From: Antedon mediterranea
Lineage: Eukaryota; Animalia; Echinodermata
DNA: 64,000 nt
Reading direction: 5' to 3'
Assembly: GCF_964355755.1 (NCBI RefSeq)
Contig: NC_092680.1
Span: 5,828,001-5,892,000, forward strand
The position numbers were made by a program, and so were the translations under genes. Positions 37,158-52,500 of the stretch are shown piece after piece. The notes under the pieces are model-generated. The model was given only the letters and a program-made list of their open reading frames with translations, was not told the origin of the DNA and did not search any database. Numbering within the stretch: position 1 is the first letter of the stretch; every line of letters starts with the position of its first letter.

Positions 37158-39274
37158 ATTGACAGTAAGTACTGTATCTGGAATGAAAACAGCAGATTCA
37201 ACTCATTAAACTAAATTAAAACACAAACGATATCATTATCAATGCATTGTACTGTATTTGTAACCCATTATTTATGGCCCATTTTATTATTTATGGAGTA
37301 TTACCAATTATTTATGGATAGAGTAGTAGTAGTAGGCCTACCACTATACAAAACAGGCTGCACCACAACAACAATCGTACAACAAGCTTAACGGTTAATA
37401 ATTAACCTATTTTAAAAACATTAAATGATTCTCCCGTTGCGTAAAAAAATTCCTACTACTAAAGTACTAGCCTAGACACTCTAGCTAGGAGGGGATAGCC
37501 TAATAATAGGCCTAGTTTAGGCTAGGCCAATAGATAGGCTAGCTATCTAGTCTAGGCCTACTTTTTTAAAGTTTATTACTATTAGGCTAGGCCTAGCTAA
37601 AGTGTAAGGCCTACTACTTACTAGCTAGGCTAGGCCTGGCCTCTACTAGTAGGGCCTAGTTAGGCCTATAATAGTATAAGGCCAGGCTAGGCCTAGGCTA
37701 GCCCTAGACTACTATAATTTAATACTAGGCTAGGGCCTTTATCTTTATCTATTATACCATAATTTACTTTCAAAAAGTCTGTAGAATATAAATAAGGATC
37801 AGGTAGCTAGCTAGACCTACCGGTAGCTCTCTTCTTGCTCTTTTTTCTTTAATTTTCTTCCCGCATGTCATAGTTCACTGCACACAAGTCCTTTTCTCTT
37901 CCCATAATACCATCTACTTCCTCTTTCAAAGCGTATCGCCTGAAAACGTAAGTGTTTTCCTTCAATGAGTTGAAAAATCCATTTAAATCAAGTGCACTCA
38001 ATTACATTTTAAAGTTTTAACTATATCTATATTTATAAATATAATTTTATGATCTTGATTCAGTGTTTAATAATCGAAAACAGTTTCTGTAACATTAAAA
38101 ATTACGTGTAAACACCAAGCACTTTCTAGGCCTATTATCATGAATAAATAATTTCAGTGTGAAAGTGCAGTAGCGCCCGACAGAACTAACCGGCCCTATC
38201 TAGCTAGGGCCTAGACTAACTTAACCAACTACATTCATTAAGAATTGAGTTTGTAATTACGCCAACTATTTGTGTAGCCTATCTAGCCTAGCCTAGCCTG
38301 GATGATAGGCCCTCTACTCTAGCCTAGAGAGTAGTAAGTAGGCCTAGGGGCGCTACTGCTGCAGTTTCGCACCACACAGTCAGTTGTATCTTCGATTTCT
38401 CACCTAAACTTCCCTTTTTCACACTTACAACATAATATTATGTAACATGTTTATACGTTTCGACCACTTACGAAGTAATTTTTTAAAAATAACAATACTT
38501 TTCAAAACATCAAAACAATACTGAACTCGCTGTCAACACACTGCGAAATGTTCGCCATCTTATATTTATCACTTAATTGCCAGAATGTATGCTTCATTTT
38601 CACCCCAAAAATGTAGAAACTATAGAGGGCAGTGTTATAAAATCCGATTACACATTATAACCTATGCCTATTTAATTTTGAAAGGCAAGAAATGTTTTCA
38701 GCTGGCGAAATAGAGGTTAAATTAATATCTCATTATTAGTATTATTATTCATATTATTAATAGTTCCTATCAATGTTTTATGTACGGACTTGTATCGTCG
38801 CCGTTTTGATATGTTCAGCTGGTTCTTTATAAAAAACCACCACTCTTTGCAGTTTTAAAATAAAAACAGAAAATAAAACATGCATTGATTTCTGGCAATT
38901 TTCTGATTCTAAAATGGCCACAGTTCGATCCAAGTATTCGCGGAAAAAGAACTGTTTTGAAAGGCATTTTTTATTGTGATAAAGGTAATATAACGGTGGC
39001 TAAATCATGGGAACATGTTACATAATGGCCCAAAATTGTATGATGTGGGCGTGAGAACAAAATTAAGCAAGAAATCGAAGAAACAACAGTGTGGTGCGAA
39101 ACTGCAGTAGCGCCGGCCTAGGCCCCTAGGCTAGGGCCTAGCTAGGCCTAGCCTAGAAGTAGTAGTAGTAGTAGGCTAGTAGGCCTAGTACTATAACTAG
39201 TAGAGGCTTGATGGCAGATGCTAGATTATAATAGGGGGTCTGATTATAAAATAATTTTTCTTAATAGCAGTATG

Positions 39275-40447
39275 CAGGGTTGTAGCTAAGAATTTTTGAG
39301 GGTGGAAAAAAAAAAATTTGAGGGTGGTTTTTTACTAAGCTTGCGAGCGAAGCGAGGAACTTAGGCTGGGGGCCAGGGGGCCGCCAAGGGCCCCCGGTCG
39401 GGGTTCAGGGGCGGAAGGCCCCTGAAAAAATTTGCTATATTGACCTTTATAAGACTCATTTTAATGATGGTTTATATGTGTAATTTTTTACATTTTTTTT
39501 TATTAATAATATTATCATTGTTCAGGTGAATGATTTTAATAAAGCAAAACATTACTTTTACCATGGACGTAATTATACGTACCTCCCGGTTTATACCTCC
39601 ATGCTTTGACAGTGTAAGTGTAGGCCTACCATTTGGACCTAAACATAACTGCCTTTGTGGTTACCTTGCCCCTGAAGAACGCCTAGGCCTAGCTAGCTTG
39701 CATGAATTAAATAAATTTGTTCGATTTAGCCGAGAATATTTTTTCAAGATAAAAACCTCTTATTGATATTCATGCCGCACAACAACCACGTAGAAAAACA
39801 TCACGATGTACTTACATGAACGAACGTACATTTCGCCAGGTCTGCGGCCTGGGCGATGAATGATCTAGGCTATCATCCGAGCCATACTACAGTATACTCG
39901 CGCTAATGATGTAATTCACAAAATAAAAAATAATAACAGTACAAGATATATAGTATGTTTCAATTCAATGTTTTTTTAATAAATACACGTAGTCGGGAAG
40001 TTACTCCACAAAGCAGTCGGCGTGGAACGGTTGATTAGCCTACAGTTTAATTCGCCGGTTTTTTTAAATATTCTCCATGATTCATTCATACAGAGGAGAT
40101 AAGAAAATCGTGCACAGCATGCAAAGCTAGCAAGCTGCATGCTAGGTTGTGATGTTCACTCAAGTGGAACTTGAGCGTACCGTCCAATCAGCATTAAGTA
40201 CATGACAGTTCTGCTTGGTTGATTTTCAACAAAGCTGTGTGTTTTGTGCTAGGCTTCTGCATTGTGCGATGTGAGCTTGTGTTAGCTAGAATATGCCCGA
40301 TATTTCGCGGAAAAAAAAGGAATTTAGGGTGGGCGGACAGGTACGTCTGACGCTGGGCGGAAGGCCTTAAAATTAGCTTTAGACTGGGCGGGAGGCTTTT
40401 AGGCAGGGCGGCCCCGCCCGGCTCCGCCCTGCACAATTACATCCCTG
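39275..40447. mobile_element. Non-autonomous hAT-like element with 6-bp target duplication
   Basis: agtatg|cagggttgtagct ... aattacatccctg|agtatg; GC-rich subterminal regions. Confidence 0.75.
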
Positions 40448-40657
40448 AGTATGAAATAAGCCTAGGCCTACAATCATCATGCACTCCGCTAGATTTAATC
40501 ACCGAATGAGAAAAGATTGTAAAGTTGAATTGAATTCCTTCTTTGTCCTGGAATTGGATGATGTATCCGATTTAATAATCATCATGATATTGTTTCACCG
40601 CTTATTGCAAACAATAGATAACATTTTTATTTATTTTTTAAATAGAAGCCTTTCAGG

Positions 40658-42462
<1,805 letters not shown>

Positions 42463-43574
42463 ATCTAACATCTAAATCAAACTGTAGCATAAATAAATTT
42501 AAAAGGATTCCTCACTGCGAATTTTGTGTTTATTATTGTGTGAATTTGTATTCTCGTGTTTTATACATTCCATGCAGCTTCAACAACTTGGATTAAATTG
42601 ACTATGGCTTCCAAAGGATTTTTAAAAGTCAAATACTGTATATCTACCTAATCTTTTACATAATATACTGAAACTAACCCTTTAAATTAAAAATAGTAAT
42701 CCCAGATGTTTTGCTTCAAAAGGGTCAATATAATAATGCAAATTTAACATAAAGTACAGTAATAATTTGAATCATACGTTTATATACTATACAAAAAATT
42801 GTTCTATTGTCATTTTAAACTTAAATACTGTATTATGGAAAAGACACCAATCGAAAGAAGTTTTAGGATAGGTGGCACTGGTTTCAGACTAAAATTGTTC
42901 TTGTACTGCAGTTGCAAATTGATGAAGCAAGATTTTGAAGCTAAACAAAAACAACAAATTTAGGTGCTTGTAATGTAAGTGTAACAAGAGTGCTTGTTTA
43001 TTTATTATTGATAAATAACTCAAATTACTGGTGAACAAATCTTGGAATATAAACCCTATGGTGATGTTTATTATACTTTTGGAGAATTTGCATTTCAGTA
43101 TTTTTATATTTATATAGTACGCCCTCTATATTTGTACAAAAGTTCGTTATTGTCGTTAAATTTAAACAAAAGCGTGGTGTGTGCATCGGTGCATATCGAA
43201 TGTGTTGTAAATAGGAGGATTTAATAATTAGGGTTCTGAGCAGATTTTCTGCACAGTTTGGTGATCAGATTGATTAAATCCGATTACATTTAGTATCACT
43301 TATATATATAGGCCTATTGAAATAGAAGAATGATATAACATCATTCTTTTGCTGGTGTTATCTGAGCTTTTATCTTTGAGAGGCCTACACGACACTGATA
43401 CACAGACAGCTGACCACATGTACATAGCCACAACAGTGTGACTGTGTAGAAGATCGTCGACGATTTACAAAGGCCTACGTTGTTTTATGATGTTATGACT
43501 TTCTGACTTTATTGGTAGTAGGAGAAAGTGTTTATCATAATATAATTCGTGATTTGAAATTAGGAAACTTTAGA

Positions 43575-46500
43575 ATGATGGAGTCTGCAGTAAATGGTAG
43601 AATTCCTCCGGTAAGAACCTTATTATTTATTTAGTTACAAGTAAATTACTAAGTATGCTACTTACTAGGCCTACTTACTCTAGATACTGATAGGGCCTAG
43701 CCTATATAGGCCTCTGCTACCATTAGGTAAATGACGTAAGCATGTTGTATAGTATAATTATAAATAAAAGAGGTTATTATTACCAAGGTATTGAATGTAA
43801 CATGTACATAATTGTGTGATTTTTTTTTTTGCAGCCAGTATTAATCCCAGTAGCAAGCTATGGAAATGGGAGGTACATCCCAAAACATTATCATGAAACT
43901 AGAGAGACTTTTATTACGTCTTACAAACGACAGAGGCCGGACAGTGATGATGAAGACTCGGACACAGAATTAAACGTCGACCAACCAACAGATTTAAGTT
44001 TAACAAAAGAAGAAGTTCATCCTAGAAATGGTCAAATCACACCACCATTATCACATGGTGAAAGGTCTCCTGCAATAGAAGACAGTGACAGCCTCCAACA
44101 ATCTGATGTCCGTAGTCCATATCAACCAAGTCTTCCATCCCATAATAAAAGTCCAGATATGGGGAACAGTGAGATACCATCCATTCCCAGTCGAAGTCCG
44201 CGTAGTCCTAGCTGCAGGAGTCCATATCAACATTGCAGTGACAGCCCATACAGACGTGGTAGTGTCAGTCCACGATCAGAAAGAAAACCTAACATAAAAC
44301 AAGAAACAGATCTAGACTTTGATAGACCATCAATGATGGATGAACCAACAGATCTTTCTTTGAGAGATGTTGAGACGGAGGACAAACTGGTAGTAGATGG
44401 TGAAGAGAATAGCTCCCTGTCTGATTATTGGAGCTTTGAGGAACAATTCAAACAGGTAGTTATTTTAAATTGTATTTGTTTTTTGTGCTTTTGTATTTGT
44501 TTAATTTGAAAAGAATTTAGTAAGAAAAAGTACAAGAATTGTAAAATAGAAATGTGATGAAATTCATATAAATTAGCATAGAAATAATTATTTAGAACTT
44601 TTACCAAATTTATGCCCGTATCATTTTTACTGCCGTATAGGTTTCTAAACTTTTTGGTATAGTAATTAAATATAAGTACTAATAATGTTTAAATGTTTTA
44701 AATTTCATCGTTTTAATTGCTAGGTTTTTTTAATTCAGTATGATGCAAAAAGCATTGACATTGAAAAAACTATAATTTGATCATTCACATAAATCCTATT
44801 GTTTTACCATGGACCTATGTCCATGGTTCTACATGATGATGTCATATCACTACCATATTTGGGTATATCGGTACCATATTTGGGCACATCACACTATTTT
44901 TTTAAAAGCATTCCTATCATAGACAACATTGATAACACTATGTTATGTCATTATTAATTAGGTTTACAGTAGTATTAGTAATTCCAATTTTGCCAGACTA
45001 ATATGCCTTTTAGTTGGGAATGTCCTTGCTGATCTACTTAGTTTTTAATTACTCTTTAAATTAAAATATAATTGATTTCTTAATAGTATGCTACAATTCA
45101 CTATTTCCACTATCAATATCATCTCTTTTAGTTACTGATATTAGTAATAATTATTATTTTTATACAGGCAATTATGATTATTACCGTAAATCTTCTGATT
45201 GTAACCCTGGGTTATTATTCTTTGATTGTTATTTAGAATGGGTTACTATTAGGGTAGTGGGTTACTAATCTTAAATTAAGCACCTGAAAATAGTAACCCA
45301 CCCCAAATTTTCCAGTCAGCAAATTATAGCAAAATGATAAAACTGTACGAATAAATAATTTAACTCTAACTTTATTTTACAAACTCAAAAACAATCAATC
45401 CTCCCCACTCCCGAGATCAATCAACTTTTATTATCTCCTTGTTTTAAAAATACGGCTGCATCATAAACGACCAGTCTTCATAATTGTCATTTTGTCAACA
45501 GTTTTTGTGACTATAATATTAACCCCCATGGGTTACTATTAGAGTAGTGGGTTATTATTATAGATTGACTTATAAGGTGGGTTACTATTAGAAGGGGGGT
45601 TACTATTAGTGTGTGGGTTATTATTATAGATTGACTTAAGGTGGGTTACTATTAGAAGGGGGGTTACTATTAGAGTGTGGGTTACTATTAGAAGATTTAT
45701 GGTACTGATGCAGTAGAAAGAACCTCAGTCTAATAAGAGGTCACTTTCAGGACCCAACAATGTGTTCCCTTAAAAGAGTGTTGCAAAAGAGTTTCTATAC
45801 TCTACTTTCCTTTTCTGCATTAAAATCCATCATAGTAAAACAATTGAGGTAGCTTGTTAAATCTTAAGTCATCATTAGGCCTAACAATTTGGATTTTAAC
45901 TACATGTAGCCATCAAACGTGAGTTTACCCAATTTAGGTTTGATATAACTTTATTAAAAACACTTAATTAGTTGAACATATTGTATTAATTATTCATTAT
46001 ACCTTTGGTGTCTCATACAATGCACTTCTTGTTGAATGCAAATGTCAAACCAGTTGATGCAATTAAATTCACCAAAGATATCTCAATCAATATTCACTGG
46101 TTGTAAAATCAGATATCTGAGACATTGTTCGATGATCACAGACAAGGCCAATTAAAACTGTTGCTATTGTCTGAGGTCTAATCATTTAATTAAAAGTTTA
46201 TTTTTGGATCACAATTAGTTACTAGGTGCATTGGAAATGGAAAAACTCTACTGAAAGTGATATTTACTGTTTCTATAGAGTTCTCTTCTTTTTCTGCTTC
46301 CCTTCTAGCATATGGTATGACCTACTATAGTTTCTTTGATATACCTTAGTTAACATTGTGAAACAAAAGAATGTTTAGGATAACATAGCATAGCATAATA
46401 TTTTAATATAAATGTTATTGCTTGATTGGTACTTCTTTTCTTTTTTTGTTTTTTTTTTGATAAAATTTATTTTCAAAATGTTTAACCAAACATTATAGTT

Positions 46501-49500
46501 TGTTGTTCTACATAGTAGCAAGACGGTAGACCATCATTTCACTTAAGTTAATAACTCTTTCAGATTTCCTCTTAAGTGGTGTTCACTTTTTTTTTAAAGG
46601 GTTTTTGATTTGCATAGCGTCTAAATGGTGACAACCGTTGACTGTATCTTTTTATGACATTGTATTTACATGATGGAATGATGTAAAAGAAATTAACTTT
46701 AATAATGAGATAATTGAGAACGAAACCCTTCTCTTGGGGATTATAAGACCTTCGGTTTAAATAGTTTTAGATTTTACAGAATATAAAAGTAAGTATTGGA
46801 GAGAGAAAAAAAATGATAAAAAGTATTTAAAAACACTGCAAACACATCAAATTTTAATAAGACAATTAAACATATTATCTTCCGTGGGGATTTCAAAGGC
46901 CTTCAATTTAATGGGGTTTTCTGTGTTTAGCATTTTCCGGATTAAGAAAGGAAATAATACACATGCTTAAAGACTTCCTTTGGCACCAAAAGCCGATAAT
47001 CAAATATTCAACGATTAGTAAAGTCCAAGTTTAAACTAATCTAATAATTTCTTTCCTGTCGTCTGATCTTTACTTTGATATTAAATTGTTTTTTGAAATG
47101 TTACTAAATATTAATATTTACTGTGCAATAGAATGTAACTAAATATTGTTAATGATGTATCCTTTCATAATATTCGCAACACACCACTCAACTAAGGCTT
47201 AAGGCTAAGTCCAAAACTAATCTAATATTTGATATTAAATTGTTTTATACAAAATTGCATCTTCAGCTCTGTCCACACTATCAAACTTTAAGTGACACAA
47301 AAATGTGATGTGCCCATAGACATGATGATGTCACATCACTACCACATTTGAGTATATCACTACCATATTTGGGCACATCACACTTGTCAAACTAGTTTGA
47401 TAGTGTAGACTGAGCTTTATGTTTAGTAGAGGAAGAGTTAAGTTTGGTGACTAGATTTTATCATTGTTTTATTTTTATATTTTTCAGTTGTATGAACTCA
47501 CTGATGACCCAGCTCGAAAAGTATTCCTAGATAAATTGTTTCTGTACATGCAAAAAAGAGGTAAGATCTTGGAATTTATTATTTCAGAAATTCTAAAGAG
47601 ACACTTCAAATTGTTCAAAATCAAAAGACGGGAGGGGGGGGGGGGGTAAGGCAACAATACAATGGCTCGGGAGGGGTGGGGCGGGGGGAGTAAGGCAACA
47701 ATACAATGGCTCGGGAGGGGTGGGGCGGGGGGAGTAAGGCAACAATACAATGGCTCGAGAACAATTAGGTTTAGTTTAGCACTTAATTTTACAATTGTTA
47801 AGCTCTATCTACACCATCACACTTTCTGTGACAGCAAAATGTGATGTGCCCATATATGGTAGTGATATGTTTAAATATGGTAGTGATATGACATCATTAT
47901 ATCCATCTATGGGCACATCACATTTTTTTGTACATAAGTTTGATGATACTGATAGTATTGCTTTAAGATATTGAATATGCTCAGCTGTGTCTCATTATTT
48001 TAAATCCTGGATCTGCCACAACTTTCTCTTACAAATCCAGTCACATGATGTAAATTATTTCTTAGATCTTATTATAACAATGCATTTGGCATCAATTTTT
48101 TTGTGTTTTATCAACAATTACCAGATCATTTACCATGATTTTAAATTAAATACTAATTGATGATTAATTAATCCATTTCGTCTCCTTGTAGTAAACTGAT
48201 TTATTACAGGTTCCAATATAATTAATTACTGATAATGAAATTGTTACATCCAACTAAATTAATCTATGCGTATGATGTCATTAATTAAGATTTGTACGGT
48301 TTAATTACAAACTCCAATTTCATGAAATTTGTGTATAATGAGTTACATTAATTGATTTGGGACACTCTATATTTATTAAACACTTTCTTATTAAATGGGG
48401 GGAAATATGTTAACACTACAGCCAATCCCTATTCAAATCCCTCTTATAGTATTGGGTAGGGATACCCTGTTGCGTCCTCGTGGTGTTTGTTCCCTTAATA
48501 ATAGGTCTACTTTAAAAAGGCTCTCACTGATTTTTATCAACATTATATGATCAACTAGTAATACATTCTACTTTGCCCGTATCAATTACACTACAGTTAA
48601 ATGAGTATGATTTAATATACTGTACATATTGTGTGTTGCCAGAATTTCAAAAATGTCTTAATTATTATAACTGCTTGTTCACTTTTATTGACAATAATTT
48701 CAAAAACTTTCAGTATTCAATGAAGGAGATGTTTTAGGATTTTGTTTTCAACTACTTGTATGCGTTTTAATGACCTGTTTTTACTAATTACCCCGATTGT
48801 GATGAATCAGAATGTTCAAGAATTGCGAAGATTGCAACATTCATTATCGCAAGGAATATACTGTACTGCCCTTCAGATAAATTTAAAAAAAAAAACCTTT
48901 TATAATTCCACACATAATAATATTGTGTGTATAGAAAACACACAATAACAACATTTTTCCTTTGAAACTATTTCTAGTTGTTCAAATGCTAAACCACAAA
49001 GCTCCCATAAATCGTATAGCCTAATATTTAATAAATACTTTAAAATCATTTTATTAAAAGATAAAGTTTCCCACCAAAGTATCTTCAAATTAATTGTCAA
49101 TAATCTTTACATTAAATCTGATAAAAGCGGATCAGATAAAAGATTTTTGATCGTGCAAGCATTGAACCGTGTCAATTTTGGTTTTTTAAGGCTGAGCATA
49201 TTTGTATTGTATATTTTATTCAAAGTTTTGCCTGTGGTTTTAATGTCTTTCTGTGTTTTTAAATCCTTTCTGTACTTTATAAAGTGTTTTGTGATGTTAT
49301 TTATTATAAACTCAATCATCTGAATCTGATCCATGTATAATAAAGTTATTATTGTTACATTTTTATGGTTCATTTTAACCTTGAAAAAAGAAACAGGTTG
49401 ATCTAAATATTTACACATTCACAGTTGGCCTGAGTACAAAATATATCAAAAATTAGGGAGTGGGGGTTATAGTCAGATTACAACCATGGATTTACCAAAA

Positions 49501-52500
49501 TCTTACAATGTCCGACTGTTATATTGTAAATTAGTGGTTGGGATTAACCCTTCAGCATATAAGACATACTCAAGCATGGGGTTATACGTCTTGACTGGTA
49601 AACCGGGGCCCCAGAGCTTAAGGGGCTCCAGAGCATGAGCAACCCAATGCAATTACCTAGCATTGGAGGGCCCTTAAACTGCTAAATTAGGGGTCTTGTC
49701 CCCTTGCGTTACACCACTGACTTAATGGTTATATGGAACTGTATCAACCCAATGCAATTACCTAGCATTGGAGGGCCCTTAAACTGCTAAATTAGGGGTC
49801 TTGTCCCCCTGCGTTACACCACTGACTTAATGGTTATATGGAACTGTATCAATTGACATAGTCCCCGTACAAATTTGTCAACATTTTCTTTTTCACCTCT
49901 CATAGAGATATTTTCAATGTTTTATTTATTGGTTTTTGATTTTTTAGATAATTACTCGGTTATCAAACTGTGATTGCAGAAAAAGTTATAAATCAATATA
50001 ATACCATTTTATTAATCTTTAAATGAAAATCTCCAAGGGGACTTAATGTGTACAAATAATGGAAGACAAGGTTAGTCCAGTTAGGTGAAAATTGTTAAAT
50101 CCACTTCTTCTAGACATAGTTCCATGTGAACCCCGCTATTAAAAAAAAGATTTAGTAAAGAACTTTAGTAGGTGGTAAACACAGGATATCAAGTGTTTCT
50201 GTTTACATGTTGTACAGGTGATAATTGTTACATTTGTTTGAGTATTAAGAAACTAGATTGATACAAATTGCATTTCTTAAAGAACAAAAGAGTTTTGCTT
50301 TTTACTAAATGGAGAAAACAACAATAGACTTTATATGCCTATCTTTCTTTGATTCTAAGTGAGGTTTAGACCAGTAATGACCCTACAGGCATGCTCACAT
50401 ATATTAAGCTCTGTCCACACTATCAAACTTTATGTGAAAACAAAATGTGATTTGCCCATAAAATAGACATGGTTATGTCATATCACTACCATATTTGGGT
50501 GTAGGCCTATCACTACCATATTTGGGCACATCACACTTTTTAGTCAAACTAGTTTGATAGTTTAGACAGAGCTTTATGCCAATACGTACAGTATGACACT
50601 TTTAATAATATAATTTAAGCTCAAAATGCTTCCCACATTTTGTTTAATCATATTATATAGATTTAGTATAACTAAATAGACATTATTTGGTAAATCAATC
50701 AAGAATCTTTCGCTCATCTCATCAACCGTTGTCTCTTGTTCCTTTAATTATTACTTGGCACTGCAATTAACACCAATTACAATTATCATAACACCTTTGG
50801 TTTTCTTCCATTAAAAATAGTCAAAAGAGTTTTTGTATAGTGTATATATAAAGAGATAGAAATCAATGAAATATCCAGTTGTAATTGGTGGTTAATGCAA
50901 TTGATTATGCTTATTGATGAGTCTAATATTTCTTGCCCAGCTTACCTGGATAAACCGAAAATAGCCCTTTCTCTTTGAAGAAATTAATCTGGTTTTATTT
51001 AGGCCCGTACTATTTTGTCATGGGAACAATAATATCTTTAACCAGTTATTTCTTGATAATTTTAATAACAAACTTTCAAAGTAGTAATTACTTCTTTGTA
51101 AAGGGAAAATGCTTGCAGTTCTATCCGTAATTAACCTTAATATTTTTCTTAGCCAGTTTTATTGAGAAATACTTTTCTAGTTCAAATAAACACATCCTCA
51201 TCAGTATTTTAATTAATATTTGTTTAACGACACCAGATGGATAAGGATTAAGTGCATAAAAATGCTCTTTCTTTTGTTTTTATTGAAATGTACAGGTAAG
51301 CTTTTAGTAGTGGTAATCTGGCATTAATAAAATCACCCGCACCAATGTAGGCTACCATTGTTAATTAAGTGTATCTTTCAACTTAGTTGTGGCTTTGTTT
51401 TGGATTTTGGTATTCTTTTAGACCTGTAGAATTGATTGGAGGCTTTGAAGGAGGAGTGTTTAATCAAATAGTTATAAGGATTAATCTTTTTCTACTAATG
51501 TTAAATGTAAAAAGGTGTTTTTTCATTATTATGTAATACTCTACAGTAAGTATCTTTATGTAGAGATTGATGGCTGATAAGACTAGGTCAATAAGGCCAG
51601 TGGCCATATTCACCAATCACACTTAAAGTAAGATATTTCACTCAAATACAAAATGTTTAATTTATTTCAGTCAATAAGGATTTTATTAAAGCGATCTTCA
51701 CAACTTTTTAAAAAATAAAATGAAACCAGGGAGTAGTTTTTTATTACATATTTCCTGTTCTTGAGTTAATCTTTTCAGCTCTTCTCGCACAAGTTGGCTT
51801 TTTGGATGTTTTCTTTCTTTCTTTTCTTTTTCTTATCCATTCTTCTCTCATTTAGCGGAATCTACAAAATTTTTTCATATTATTCTGATAATTCTTTTGC
51901 TATTTTTAATTTTGCCGTAGTGACTTTTCATTTTTATTGTTATATTTATGAGTAGGAAGAAAATAAGTGTTTTGATGGCTAGTTTATTGATCCTAGCGTC
52001 AGTCAACATGGAAGTTGTCATACAGCAATTTAGATCTGTTTTATTTCATGGTATTACTATTAGGTCATACATGACATGATATTTAGGATTAGTGTCTATA
52101 AATGGCAATTTAATTTAATTTTTGTTTCTTATACAGTAGAACAAATACGTAATAAGCAACATTGCAAGTTCAACAATTTCAATATTATGGCTGCTCTGAC
52201 TTTACATTTTATTTAATTTCATGATATAGTTATAATTTGTATAGAATTATAGTTTTGTGGGTGCAGAAGCTGGTTATTATTTATTCATTGGTGACCAAAA
52301 TGAATATTTTATAGTAAAATTTTACAAATTATAATAAAAGAAAAAATTCGTGGAACTGTGACTTGGTGATTTAAATCATTGCTTACCAATCCCAGGCTCT
52401 TTGGTTCAAATCTTGTCAAAATCATTGATGGCCAGTGTAGAAAGTATGGATTACTGATCCTCTATATTCGTGTCATGTACAGTGTTTCATGTCCTATGTT

